A stretch of 64,000 bases of DNA from Vitrella brassicaformis CCMP3155 (GCA_001179505.1 CDMY01000423.1:15954-79953), one strand, 5' to 3'. Positions 10,885 to 24,775 are shown, counted from the stretch's first letter. The notes: a model not told the origin generated them from the sequence alone. Numbers and translations are program-made.

Positions 10885-13800
10885 TCACAGCGGCAGTAGA
10901 TCGTCGCCGAGCTCGTCATCACCCCAGTCGTCCTGCAACACAACACTCACACACTCATTTGTCGCCCACCCACACCCGCCTCCCCATCGATGGATGCATC
11001 CATAGCGCGTGGGTGCATGCTTACGTCCTCAGCTCTATTGCTCGCCTGCAGCCGCCGCCCACCTGGCCTGCACACACACAACCAAACATATGGCGGCGTG
11101 TTTGTGTGTGTACACATGTCTGCCGAGTGTGGGGTGCTATGTTACCTGTCCTGTGGCACGGGCCCCTCTTCCTCGTATAGGGGTCGGGGATCGACGCCCT
11201 GCTGACCTGACACTGATTGATGCCACACACGAACAAAGCCAGCCCGGTGGACAAATGCACAGGGGGCACGGTCTGTGTGTTTCGTATGGTGCTCGTCTCG
11301 TTCACTACTTGTGGATTCCTCCCGGCCGTAGGCGACCCCACGCTGCGAGCACCCACGCAACAGCACACAAACCGTGTCAAAAAGGGCACCCGCCTCTTGT
11401 TCTCACTGTTCGCACTGACCTCAGTGCTATCTCGAAGCGAGCTGGGCACACACACACACACACGCACGGACACACACCAAGTGTGTGTATGCACATCCAC
11501 GTGTGTGCTGTCCTGTGCCGATGACCCACCTGTCAGTGTGTCTGGAGAGTGGTGCAGGGGCAGGCTCTGCGTGTGTGGGTGGTGCCGCTGCGGTGCCTCC
11601 CTCCTGCTGCATGCGCTCCAGCTTCCTCAGTTTGACAGCATACTCCTCGTGGTCCAGACCCAAGTCGCGCAGCAACGTTAGCAGGTACCGCAAACCTGAC
11701 AGACACATACAGTACATAAACAAACAAAAAGATTACAAAAAGCTGGCGATGCGATGCGATATATGCCGTGGGTGTGGCTGCGTACATTCGATGTCGTCTG
11801 GGCTCTCCCTGTGAATGTCCTCGTAGATCTTCAGAGCCTGCTCATTGTGACCTGACCCACGTGGCCACACACAAAGAAAGAATGACGGTGGAAGTGAGTG
11901 AGATCCATCCGTCTTTGCTCACCCATTCGTCTGTAGCACGATGCGACCATGAGCCTCCACCGCGAGTTGCCGCCCTCTATCTGGGCAGCTCGCTCGAAGA
12001 ACTGAATGGCGTTCTCGTACGCCTGATGGATGTGTGTGGGTGTGCGGTGGGTGGAGGGATAGACGGGCGCAGATGAGAGAAGGTAGACAGACAGGGATGC
12101 ACGCCCACCCACCCCCCCTGTTTGCCACCCACCTCCTGTTTGACGAAGTGCACGCCCAGATACGCGATGACGTCCAGATTGGTGGGCCAGTACCTAACAC
12201 ACACACACACACACACACGGATGGATGGATGGATAGAAAGACACACCCCCAATGCACTCATTGCAATGCATGGAACACCCTGAGCACCACACCACGGCCG
12301 CTTAGACACGCACCTGTATGCCTCCATGTAGTAGTGATACGCCTGTGCCTCGTCGTCCATCTGAACATACACACACACACCCGTCAGTCAGTCAGTCCAT
12401 CCCATCATTCCGTCCTCAAGCCGGCACAGCACTTACGCTTGCGAAAAGCTGCCCCAGCCGTGCGAGTATTTCTGGGTCTGTGGGTCGTGTCTTGGGCGAC
12501 ACCAGCAGGGAGAACCACTCGACAGCCTTGCTAGGATGACCGATGCGGTGACACAGATCGCCTGCAGTGCAGCAGACAGACAGACAGCGAGAAATGGCTG
12601 GCGGCTCCATGCATGGCCATGCTGTGTGTCGGTACCGTGGTGGGGTGTGTGTCAGTGTATGTCAGTGTACCGAGCTGGTAGAGTACGTCTGGGTGCTTGG
12701 GGAGGATCGAGTTGAGCTTCTCGAAGGCCTGCAGTGCCTCGTGGTACCGCTCGATGCTCTTGTTGACCAAACCTGACAACATACATCACACAAATCCACA
12801 CACGGACAGCAGTCCATCTGTTCTGTGTGTGTGTGTGTGTACCAAGGTTGTAGATGGCCTCAACGCAGTCCGCCTCGACGCCGATTGCCTCTAGGAAGAG
12901 CTCCTTGGCCCTCTCGTACTCCTCGCACAGAAACAAACAGTTGCCCTTATTCACCTTACACACGAGTACACACACACACACGCATACACACACTATATGT
13001 GTCTGTCTGCACATATCAGTATCTGTCTGTCTGCAGATATACCAGTGCCCGCGCATTGTAGCGGTTGGCCTTGACCTGTGTTCGGTGGGAGGGAGGGAGG
13101 GGGAAGCAAACAGACAGGCACACACATGACGAGCGGGCATCAGGCATCGAGCAAACGCGTTTGGTGCCCTGACGCACCGCGAGGTCAGCGTATTTCTCGG
13201 CCTGGTTGTAGTCGCTCTCGAGGAAGTAGATGAACGACAGGTTGGTCGCCGTGCGGGCCATCAAACTGGGGTCCTACTCACACACACACACACACACACA
13301 CAGAGAGACATAGGGACATGTCCGCAGGCAGACAAATGTGAGTGGAGCCGGCTAGCTGGCTCAGCTGACTGAGCTGACCTTTTTCTCGAAGGCCTTGAGC
13401 GCATCGATGGCCTGATCAAACTCCTTGCGACGCAGAAAATACGACGCCTAACCACCCAAGAACACAACACACACACGCATACGGAGCAGCTGTCGTGTGT
13501 GCAGTGCAGTGCCTGCCAGGTGTGGCCACACTCACTCACTCACTCACTCCACCGACTGACCTTTGCTATCTCCATTTCGGATGCGATGCCGGGGAATCCC
13601 TGTGCCTTGAGGACCTCACACACCCAATCGAAGCCCAGCGGGGGCCGCTCTATCTCTGAAGGCAGGCAGGTGCAGACAGACGCAAACACGCAGCTGGCTG
13701 GTGAGGGAGAGAGAGACCCGTGCAGTGCCGTGCCGTGCTGTGCTGGCTGCGGCCGTGGGTGAGGGGGTTACGTGGCGCGGTGAGCTTGGCTGCATTTGCG

Positions 13801-16006
13801 ATGTACTTGAAGGCCTGGTGGGTGGATGGATGGATGGAGATGGATCCAGACAATGCATGTGCCCGTGCGTGTGCTGTGTACACGTGTGTGTGCATTTCTT
13901 TCCTGACTGACCTCCCTTTTCCTCTTTTTGATTTCCTCCTTGAGCGGGTCGTCGCTCGGCACGTGATCTGACGCACACACGCAGGGCAGGCACACCGATG
14001 GACCAACGGGCCAACATATATATTGTGTGCGTGTGGATGCAGGGCCCTAGCACGTCTCACCTTCTCTGCCGGCGTCATTGAGGTCCTCCAGGTCCTCTTC
14101 ATCCTCCTCCTTGGCAATCAAGATGTGCAGACACACACCATATGGCCACAGGCACATGAGGAAATCCAGACAGACAGACAGACAGGCAGGCAGGCAGACA
14201 GACTCACCTCGAGGCCCTCCTGCTGGATCGACAGCAGCCTGGTGAACCCTGACCACACACCACACGACGACGGCATGTCCGCTGGGCGCGGCGCGTGCGG
14301 TGCGCACCGCATGCAGCGCACCTTGTTTCAGCTTGTCCTTGTCTCCGAGTGCAAAGTAGCACAGCAACAAGTTGAAACCTGTGTGTATCGTATCGACCAA
14401 ACCAAACCAAAGCGGAGGAAATGGTTGCGTGTCGTCTGTGTTGTGTTGTGGGATTGTTTGCTCGCATCGCATACACACGTAGGATACGCACCGACCGGTT
14501 TGGAAGTCTGGGTTGCCCTGCATGATGTTCTCGTACGCGTCGATGGCGTCGCTGAACTGACCCATACGGAAAAAGGCGTGGCCGATGTTACGCAGAATCT
14601 TGTACCTGCACACACATACACATACACGCACACCAGATGGCTGGCTGGCGGGTGTGTGTGGTGCGTGGTGTCTGGTGTGAGCGCACCCACCGGATTTCTT
14701 TGCCGGTGTTTGGGATCTGGTCGAGTGCCATTCTGTACATTTTGATGGCCGTGGGGTACTTCTGCTGGGCGTAGTAGATGTTGCCCATGTTGACGCGCAA
14801 ACGACCTGCACACACACAGACAGACAGAGAGAGAGAGAGAGAGATCCACTCACGTGTGTGTTGGGTCTGGTCCGTGCACCGGGCGGCCTGCTGACTGACT
14901 GACTGACCGCTTTGTGGGTACTGTTTATTCTTGACAATGTTGGTGTAGGTGGTGAGTGCGTCGGGGTACTGCCCACAGGCCTGCTGCTGATTGGCCAAGT
15001 TAAACAGCACCTGTGGGTGGCATGCATCACACCACACCACACACAGAGGGAGGGGAGTGGGCAAGCAAGTACATGTGCTGTGTGTGCCGTTCGTTGTCTG
15101 TGCGACCTACCTACCGAGTATGTGAGGTCGACGTTGATTTGGTCCGCCAGGTTGTGCGCCTCCCGCTGCCGACACAAGTGACGCTCCTTCTTGACTGTCA
15201 CACCCCATCATATATTCCACACACACCACACATGGACAGACACCCCATTTATTCCAACCACCCACCCACTGTGTGTCGTTTCGTGAACGGAGTGCGACTG
15301 GCTCACCGGCGTCTTTGGCCTTCTGCAGGGCGTCTGTGAGTCGACCCTGCTGGTTGAGCATGGCGCTCTCCTCGACCAGTGTGTGGCAGTCGTTCTCCAG
15401 CTGCCGGAACCGCTCCTCAGCCGTGGGCTCCTTCTTGGCCTCCAACACACCACCCCTCACTGATAGCACCATCACATGACACACACTACAACATACATCA
15501 GCCATTCTCATCTATCTCTTCGCTCACACTCAGACGTTCGTACTTACATTTTTCCTGCACAGTTGCGAGTTGCATCCCCCCCTGTGCCTGCGTCTTGGGC
15601 CGCACACCGCTGGCGGAGTAGCCGGCGGCCCTGTTGCTGGTCATGGGCCTGGCGGTGCCCTCCGGCTGCTGGTAGGCAGAGGCCGTGCCGATACGCATGG
15701 CGGTTCCCAGAGGACGGCCGGTGGTCCGCATGTAGCTAGAGGGGGGAGGCTGACTCTGATCAATCCGACCGGTTCATCCACACACACACACACACACAGA
15801 CATACACACAGACTTCTTGCTTGTGAAAGGCCTTTTCTTTCCCGCGTGTGATCTTCTATCTGGGTGCGGTGCATGAGGTTCGGCTACCCACCCACCTGTA
15901 CGTGTTGGAAGTCATATTCCTCCTGCTGCTTGGCTGCGGTGTCTGCTGGGCCGGGGCTGCCGAAGCCCCGAGCCGCAGAGGAAGATGCCGTCGTGCTGCT
16001 GAACAT
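10885..16006 (-). CDS. IFT88: Intraflagellar transport protein 88 (TPR protein of IFT-B), many exons
   Basis: Conserved blocks: ARPMTSNRAAGYS, EESAMLNQQG..ALQKAKDAG, KERHLCRQRE..INVDLTY, RLRVNMGNIYY..AIKMYRMALDQIP, KILRNIGHAFFRMGQFSDAI, ANRYNARALVNKGNC, EAIGVEADCVEAIYNLG, PTDPEILARLG, DEAQAYHYYMEAYR, RWRLMVASCYRRMG, and C-terminal DDWGDDELGDDLLPL* (stop 10885-10887). First exon MFSSTT..EEYDFQHVQ joins in phase. Confidence 0.95.
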
Positions 16007-16183
16007 GGATCTAACGCAGATCTACACCTACCAACTTTCGTCAACTCTTCGGAAGAAGCCAAGCGCGCACTGATGTGCAGATCTCCTGAAACCGCTGCCG
16101 CTGTGCAGATCTCCCAGGGGACCGAACCCCTGGTCCTCCTACTCCCATCTTGACTGAGCAGCAGCAAAAGATCTGTCGTCCTT
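16007..16183. promoter_or_regulatory. Putative compact bidirectional promoter between IFT88 and the acylase
   Basis: Divergent start codons are 177 bp apart. The interval contains a doubled tgtgcagatctcc motif. Function is inferred from geometry only. Confidence 0.4.
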
Positions 16184-19100
16184 ATGTGGGGTTGGTTCAC
16201 TCTCATTGTGCTGCCCATCGGCATTGCGTTGCTGGCGCTCAACTATCAACAGGAACACGTGAGTACGTGACTCAATGAATGACGGGAGAGATCTCCACGA
16301 CATTCACCCTGTTGTTGATCTTCTCTCTGCTCTGCTCTGTGTGTGCTGTACTGTGCGGGTCTGCAGAGGCCGAACTACCTGGGGTATGAGCCGCTTGACT
16401 TCGCTGGCTACTGCATTTCACTGGCGGCCAAGCCCCTCATCAAACTCTTCTATGCGCAACCCAATCTAAACAACCGCACTATCACTGTGAGAGCGGACAG
16501 ACAGACACCCATGCATCAGCTGACACACGTCTGTCTGTCTGACCTGCCCTCTGTGTGTCTGTCTGTATGTGTCATCTATTTCGTTGGGTAACATCCATCA
16601 ATCAGCTGGATGGCTATGGCTTGAGGGACACTGTGACAATCCTTCGCACGGAACACGGGGTGCCCTTCATCGAGGCCAAATACGGTCAGTCAGTCAGTCC
16701 GCCAGCGCACACGGATGAGTCCAGCTGCAGTGTGTCGTGTGTGTGTCTGTCGTGTGCCGTGTGGTTGATTGTGCGTGATGGGTGCATTACAATGCAGAGA
16801 CTGACGGTTGGTTCGCCCAGGGCTTCATGCACGCCACCGACCGCCTGTGGCAGATGGAAATGAACCGACTCGGTCGGTGAGCCGCGCGTTAAGCCGTGTG
16901 GTCTGACCACCTTCTGATGATGTGATTGTGTGTGCTCACTTGTGGGTGGGTCGATCAGTGATGCAGGGCAACATGTCCGTCATGGTGGGGGAGAAAGCCA
17001 TCACAGCCGACCATTGGGCGAGGTTAGTCTGTGTGTGCCTCTGACAGTGTCCGGAGAAAGATATGTGCTGCTTGCGGTGTGTGTGTGTGTGTGTGTGTGT
17101 ATGTATCAGGCTGTTGGGCACTTATGAGTTGGCCCAGAGGGACGCTGCGGCCATGTCGGCAGAGGACCACGCCATCGGGGATGCATACACACGAGGCGTG
17201 AACGCCGTCCTTGATGACATCCGCGGCAAGGGGTCCTTCGCCAGGCTGCCCCTGGAGCTGCTCATCCTCGGCCACACGCCGCAGCCATGGACCGTCGCAG
17301 ACAGCGTCGGACTCGCAAGGTTCTACTCCTTCCAGCTCTCGCGAGGATGGGCTTACGAGCTTTTTATGCGGCGATTTGAGAACGAAGTCAGAGAGCTGGC
17401 CCAGGAGCTGGTGCCAAGACATGACGCACGAGTGCCTTTCGTCAACGAGTACGGAGCCCGTCCGGCGCTGTTCGACCAGAATGGCCAGCCCATGTCGCTG
17501 CCCGAATACCCGCAGATCGCAGAGTGGGCCACATTGCCTTTCCACTCTCTTATTGCGGACTTGGAGGCGGCTGCAGGGGGCAAGGCAGCACCATCACCGC
17601 CGCCAGCAGCAGGCAAAGTGGATACTGCTCATCTGGACGGGATGAACATCGGTCTGGGGGATGGCTCGAATGGCTATGCTGTCTCGGGCAAACACACGGC
17701 GAGCGGCAAGCCGATGCTTTCGGGTGATCCCCACCTGGCTGCATTGCGGCCGGGATTCTGGTACCCCAATGCGGTCAAGATGGGCTCTCAGTGGACATTC
17801 GTGGGCGCGTCAGCCATGGGCATCCCCGGCTGGTTTGCCGGGACGAATCGGCATCTGGCTTTCACGCCCACAGTCAGCTACATGGACAGCGAAGACGCCT
17901 TTGAGATCTCCCTGGGCACCGGGCAGCACAACGGCAGCTACCTCTATGCCGGCAAGTACCTACCCATTCGCAGCAAGACGGTGGAGCTGAATGTTAAGGG
18001 GCGGCAGGAGCCGCAGCAGCTGCAGCTGAGATACACCCACCACGGCCCGCTCGTGAGCGACGCCTTGCCCGAACTGGTCAACATCACGCAGCTCGACAGC
18101 GCCACACGTGCCATCGCGTTGCGGTCGGGGTCTCTCCTCTCGCCCTTCTCAGTTTCATGCATGCGCGACCTCGCCACGGCCAAGACCTGGCGTGAGCTTG
18201 ACAAGGCCATGCAGGAGCTGAAGGTCACCCAACTGACCATGGCCTTCGCCACGGTGGATGGCGACATTGGTGCCATCACCAGCGGCGACCTCCCGAAGCG
18301 GTCGAGGCCGGCGAGCCTGCGGGACGGCAGTGACCCTCAAGACGAGTGGACGGGCGTGGTACCGCATTCGCAGCTGCCTGGACAGGTGGTCAATCCTGAG
18401 AAGGGCTATGTCGTCATTGCCAACCATTTCACAGCCGCCAATGCGACCGATGTGTTGGGCTTCGGACAGCTGAACGGCTATCGGGCAGCGGCCATCGAGA
18501 GGCGCCTGAAGCCGCTGCTGGGCAAAGTGACAGTGGATGATCTCAGGGCCATCTTCACCGATGTGTGGACTCTCGGAGGGCACAGCTGGCGCAAAATGGC
18601 GAACAACCTGCTGGCCGAAGGGCCTTCCCCCTGCTTCCCTTATGTGCGTGAGGATGTCTTGCCCAAGGCGCGGGAGCTCTTGGCCAAGTGGAACGAGGAG
18701 ATGAGCAGCCCGGCGGCCACCGTCTACACTGTGTGGAAGGCCGCGGCGACGTCCCGGCTGCTGGTGTCCTCTGGCATGTCGGCCGAGTCAGTGGCCTTCT
18801 TTCGTGGCGCCTTTCCCAATCGGCTGCTCATCCAGGCCAACGAGCTCTTCACACACGACAAACACACCCTGCTGCGGCTCCTCGATGGCGAATCGGCCTC
18901 CGGCTTGGTCAGCAAGGCCGGAGGCCGGGAGAGCGTTCTGTGCGGGGCCCTCAACGAGTCGTGGGCTTTCCTGGAGAGCCAGTACGGCAACGATGTGGCC
19001 GCGTGGGCGTGGGAGAACGTGCATGCCTTTCCGAGCACTCATGCCTTCTACCCCCTGCCACTGCTGCGGTGAGTGACATGACAACACACACAGGGAGGTC

Positions 19101-19574
19101 GTACCGCTCTCTCTCTCTCTCTGTGTGTGTGTATGTCTGTGTGTCACTCAGGCACATATTCTCTGGGCCTCCCCAGCCTGGATATGGTGACGAGGACACA
19201 GCGGCACCGGCAAAGGCTTCCATCAAATGTCCGTCCGTCGTACACTCACTCACCGACGCACCAAACCGACACACACAGCCATGTGCCTGCACGTGTGCGA
19301 TGCAGATGAGGAATCGTCTTTGAAGGACGAGTTCGGTCGGCCAGTTGACAGAGCGAGTCGGTTCGTGGGCGGCGTCTTCACGCCCTCTTTGCGCATGGCC
19401 ATCGACTTGGGCAACATCAGCAGCTCTCGGTGGGCGCTGCCCGCCAGTGTATCGGGCTGGATTGGCAACAGCTTTCAGGACATCGGTGAGGCTTTCCAAC
19501 AGGGGCAGCTGGTCCAGATGCCGTTCGAGCCGTCCTCTTTTGAGCCGGCCGAGACCTTCACACTTGGCTCGTGA
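16184..19574 (+). CDS. Penicillin acylase / AHL acylase family (peptidase S45, Ntn hydrolase) precursor with N-terminal hydrophobic anchor, 8 exons
   Basis: Alpha-chain motifs VTILRTEHGVPFIEA, WFAQGFMHATDRLWQMEMNR, YTRGVNA. Beta chain starts SNGYAVSGKHTASGKPMLSGDPHL (catalytic Ser codon 17666-17668), then WYPN, GIPG, THHGP, NPEKGYVVIANH, YRAAAIERRL. All splice joins are phase-consistent; the main exon is 17110-19068. Confidence 0.93.
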
Positions 19575-20057
19575 GAGTGAGTGTCACACACAGTGGCGGT
19601 TTTATGCGTAGGCTGTTGGTCGTGTGTGTGTGGGTCTGAATGAGTGTGTCACCTACCTCAAGGTGGGCCGTTTCCATCAGGATATCAATCATGTATGGGA
19701 GACCCCCACACACATGACATGTAGGTGATGTGAGACGTGTGTGTGTCTTTTTCATGGTGTGTGTGAGCGATACGTACGTATTAGGTGACTTACTGGAATA
19801 TGTTCGCATTGGCGTGTATGTGTATTTATGTCCCTTTATTCACGGTGTAAAGCCATGCCAACCGACTGTTGAGTCAGATCTGGCGAACAAATGCCATTTC
19901 CTGGCCGCGGCCAAAGAAATCCACGGCCGTAAAACGAGCCCTGAGCGATCCGCCTCGGCTGGTCGAAGGCCGAAGCGACGGTTGTTTGCGCAGACTTTGG
20001 TGCGTGCGCCGACTCCCGCGAGCAGATAGACTGAACGCTGCCATCCACCCACCAGCC

Positions 20058-20472
20058 ATGACGAGGGTCAAGAAGTGGTACTCAGTGCGCTACCACGAGC
20101 GGTGGTGCTTCCAGTCTGCAAAGGCGTGCAGAAAGCTAAGGGAGGGGCTGGTCAAGGTGGAGGGGGACAAGGGAGGGGGCCTCCTTCTCACGGTGACGCT
20201 CTACGAGGCCAAGAAGGGGGGCGGCAAAGGCCAGATGCTGGGAATGGACCATCTGGACATCAGGAAGATGAAGGAGTGCCGGTACGGATATATGCATGCA
20301 CACAGCACAGAGCCCACGGGCCACGATGTATGCATGCATGGTTATTTGCAGAGTGAAGCACATCCGCAAGCTGGTCAACCAGGGCAAGTGGAAGGTGGAC
20401 ATCGACAAGGACGACGAACTGTCGAAGGACGAGGAGCCCGACTCCTCCGACGACGAATGCGAGTACGAGTAG
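20058..20472 (+). CDS. Small hypothetical protein, 114 aa, 2 exons, basic N-part and acidic tail
   Basis: MTRVKKWYSVRYHERWCF..LLLTVTLYEAKK..LGMDHLDIRKMKEC, then a phase-2 GT-AG intron, then RVKHIRKLVNQGKWKVDIDKDDELSKDEEPDSSDDECEYE*. An upstream exon is possible. Confidence 0.55.
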
Positions 20473-20990
20473 CTGCTGCAAGGGGAAAGGCAGAGGCAGG
20501 GGGGACATGTAGCTCTGCCGGTCGGACACACGTAGATAATGAGATAGATCCCACAATTCCGTCCACTTCCTCTGGCTGGCCGGCGGGCTGGCTATCCCTA
20601 TGTCTGTGTGATGGGATGGCTGCTGCGAGCGAGCGTTGCGACATGCCACAGAGAGAGAAACGACACCTTAGACTCGGCCATCCTCGTGCATGTGGAACAC
20701 TCGACACTCCCTCGTGCATGTTGAGGACACGTGAACGTCAACGCTGCATGTGTTATGTTACACTCAAGCAGGTGCGTGGCTTGGAACACAATCACAGGGC
20801 CGGGGCCGCTGGTTTGTCATATCCCAACTCGACGCATGTGTTGACCTCACTCGCACGCGCCATGCACTGTCTGTCTGTCCTTCTGCGCCCACACACCAAT
20901 GCCGCCCGGCAAACCCCTTCCACCCATCCATCCATCCATCCATTCATTCCTCTGCCCGACCGTCCCTCATCGCCCACGACGTGTGTCCCG

Positions 20991-21243
20991 TCATGCGCTG
21001 ATCTTGATGGTGAGTATGCGGATGTCCTTGTAAGGCCGGTCCTCGCCGTCCGTCCGAACCTGCACAAACACAGGCCAACCAACACCAACAGCCCTTAGTG
21101 CCGCTTTCCAGACAGCCAGCCGATGTTAGGTACATTTTCGATTGCGTGGCAAACGTCCATTCCCTGCACCACCCGCCCGAACACCGTGTGCTTGTTGTCC
21201 AGCCACGGACAGGGAACCTGCCCACGTCAGCCACACAGCACAT

Positions 21244-21275
<32 letters not shown>

Positions 21276-24200
21276 GGGGGCATAGAGGGAGCAGCCCAAC
21301 CACACACACGTCCGTCCGTGTGTGTGGTTGTGGCCGCACCGTGGTGACGAAGAACTGCGAGCCGTTAGTGTTGGGTCCTGCGTTGGCCATAGAGACGGTG
21401 TATGGCCTGTCGTGCTTGAGGGCCCGATGGAACTCGTCCTCAAACTCACCGCCCCATATCGACTCACCTGCGGACGGACGCAGAGACAGACAGACAGACA
21501 CATGGATAATATGGGATGGACGCGTGCGTGTGCGTGTGTGTCTGTCACGCCGTGTGTCCTCACCCCCAGTGCCATCTCCATTAGGGTCGCCTGTCTGCAG
21601 CATGAAGCCCTTGATCACGCGATGGAACAGACAATTGTCGTAATAGCTGAAATCACACACACACACACACACAGGGATAGGGAGAGATAGGGAGAGGTCG
21701 TGTGGCTGTCTGCTTTGCTACTGACCCGTTCCGCGAGTGCACAGTGAAGTTCTCCACTGTCCTGGGCACCTCCTGAGGGACGGTGGATGGATGGATGGAT
21801 CGATGGGCGGGTGACAACACAACATACACACACTTGTGCATTGCATGGAGGTCCCGGTTGCTGTCTGTGGGATGCGTTGCGTTGCGTGCAGCTTGTTACG
21901 TTTGGGAAGAGCTTGACGACGATGTCCCCGACCGTCGTGTGGATGGTCGCCTGCTTGCCCAGCCGAATCTCACCCGTGTCAATTCCTATCAGATGGATGG
22001 ATAAATCATCAAATCAACACACCATACATAAGACGTGATTGAACTGGGCAGCTGTACGTCTGTCTGTCTGTCTGTCTGGATGGATGGATGGATGGATGGC
22101 TGACCTGCCATGGCCTGTGCCTCTTCCTTGGTGGGCTTCTCGTTGAAGATGTCGCGGCTCTCCTTGACCGAGTCGGGCGGCTCGCGACGGCTGAACAGGT
22201 AAAACCTGACAACAACACGCAGCCAACACAAACACAGAGATGCGGCAATTCAGTGGACGTGCTGTACTGTGCTGGCGTAGGGATGTTCGCCGACCTTTGT
22301 CTCTTGTATGACGAGCAGAATAGGATGGGGTCAGCGCTCTCCTGCACAATGCGGTCGCCACTCCCACTCATAATCGCACCCGTGGCCTTCTTCTGCACAC
22401 CGCACGCACACACAGCAGTGATTGCAATGCAGTGTAGCAAGTGACAGACCTTCTGTGTGTGTGGAAGTGTGTGTGGTTTGTGGTGGCTGGGTGGGTGGCT
22501 GACCCGCTGCGGTTTGCCCTGGAAGAGAGCGATAGCAAGGAACCGCTCGCCGCTCTCGGGCCGACCCAATATGCGGCTCAACTGACACGCACACACACAT
22601 GCCATGCAGGGAGTGATAGGCTGATGTAGTGTGGCTGGTTTGGTGGTTCCCTCCCTGTGTGGGTTACTTTACTTACGTTGTTAGTGATGATGTTGACGAC
22701 TTTGATGCCGACCATGCAAGGGTAGATGAGGAGGGTGGAGCTCTCGTCGAACACTATACCCTGCAGGTAAAACGCATCAGACTTGCGCAACTCCTGGTGG
22801 ACACACCACACACACCACACACACCACACACACAGGGGGAGGGGCATTAATGGACTGCATGGCATGTACGTGTGTTTGCCTCTCTGCGTGTGTGTGTGGA
22901 TTGGTCCCCTCCGTACCTTTTCGGTAGCGAGTCTCCTGCCGAAGTTGATTTTGTCGAGGTGCAGCTGCTCCATCAGCGGGTCTGACTGGGCTGTCGTGTA
23001 CATCTTCACACACACACACACACACACACAAATCCATACCATACACGCCAGCATCTCGTCGTCACGGCTGGCCTGCCCGGCCTACATCGATGCTCTCGTC
23101 GTATTTGCGGATCATTTTGCCCGTCGACAGCCGAAACACCCGCAGATGGAAATCTGTTCAAACACATCAACCACCAGTAAGGGAGTGCCCTCCCCTCCCT
23201 TCCTTGGTCTGCGTGTGTCCGGGGTGTACGCGTACCTTCGCACAGACATGCAAACAGGTTGCCATCAGGACTCACGGTAAGCGAGAGCGCGTGTGTCTTG
23301 CTCTACACACACACACACACACACGCAACACTTAAACGACCCATTACGCGATGCCTGCCCTCCCTCCCTCCACCCATCGCACCACCCAACTCACCTTGAG
23401 CAGTTCAAACAGGTCTGTGTCGCTCTTGAGGGTGAACTGGATCCGCCCGCCGGTGCTGGCCGGTGTGGGCAGCTGAAGTGTGTCGGGGTCCCACATCTCC
23501 AGCCCACCCGACTTGTCCGCCGACACCACGCAGTGCAGTGCCGGCACGTAATGCAGCAGGTGCACCGCCTTCATGTGACGCTCGAACACTCGCAGTGGAG
23601 TGCCTGAGGGGTCCGTGGCCGTCACCAGACGCACCTTCGGACACCCCTTCTCAGATCTGCACACACACAGACAGGTGTCTAAGGTGGATGGATGGATGGA
23701 TTGCATGCTTGTTTCTTTGTCTTGGTGTGGGCTGGGCTGAGCGTGTGATTGATTTCTACTATCCATACATGGCGACAACGGGTTCGGCGGAGTCCCTCGG
23801 GTGGACGAATGCCAGGGCCAGTGGGGTGAAGTCAAGCTTCATCATGCACGTCATGTCTGACGTGAAGCAAGCAAGGAACACCAAACCACAGACCAAACCA
23901 CCGCATGCCATGCCACCCACCCACCCACCCACCCACCCACCACACACGCACAACGAACGAACACTCTCATTCTTGCTCTCCTGGGTTACCGACCGAAGTT
24001 GAGTATGTCGAAGAGTTTGAATGCGTTGTCGGATCCGACGCTTCCGAGGTAGATGCCGTCGGACGAGACGGCCATGGCGAGGAGTGCGCCAATGTGGGCC
24101 CTGAAGTGCTTGACAAACTCGATGCCCTCGTAGCTCTTCTTCCAAAACTTGATGTGCCCGTCGGCGCTGCCCGTCATCACAAACTCTACCTCGTTGCTCG

Positions 24201-24775
24201 CACACACTGATATATGGACATGAGAGCACGGTAAACCGTGTTGTGTTTGTCGTGTCGTCCGTCCTCTGCCTGCCTCCCTCCGTGGTTACCTACCTACCGT
24301 GTGTGATGGTTTGTCTGTGCATGTAGCTCTTCTCGTACATGTCACACGTCGGCAGGTTGTCCAGGTAGACCTGCTCGTTCACCGCAACTGCACCACACAT
24401 GACCACAAAAGCAACAAACCCAGCAACGCCAGGATGCACTCACTGCACTCAATTGTCATGATGATAACACTGCGTCAGTCAGTCAGTCAGTCACCTTTCC
24501 GCTTCTTCTTGGCCGGCTGTGGCGGCATCGGCATCGGACCTGACAGTGTGTCAATCAACACAACGACAACCAGCGCAATGACAGACAGACAAGCACACTC
24601 ACACACGTGATACATACACATCACATCACTGACCCAAGTCATCTTCATCGCCGCCACCTGCAGGCGGATCCAGATCTGCCCGCTCCGAAGTCCCATTCGC
24701 ATCATCAGCTCCATTCTGATCTTCGTCCGCCGCTGCTGGAGGCGGCAGGGGAATGTCAAACGAGTCGTCTGCCAT
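20991..24775 (-). CDS. PPWD1: WD40-repeat cyclophilin (peptidyl-prolyl isomerase domain and WD repeat protein 1, CYP71-like)
   Basis: [23 protein letters not shown]; [27 protein letters not shown]; [13 protein letters not shown]. Cyclophilin core [69 protein letters not shown] and [13 protein letters not shown]. Ends [16 protein letters not shown]. Confidence 0.95.

Noticed and set aside
16184-19574. Bacterial contamination explaining the acylase
   Set aside because: The gene has seven phase-consistent GT-AG introns with host-type microsatellites and is contiguous with IFT88.
19869-21098. 409-aa ORF as a single gene
   Set aside because: It reads through an intron and intergenic microsatellites and into the antisense strand of PPWD1. 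Only the 20058-20472 part looks coding.
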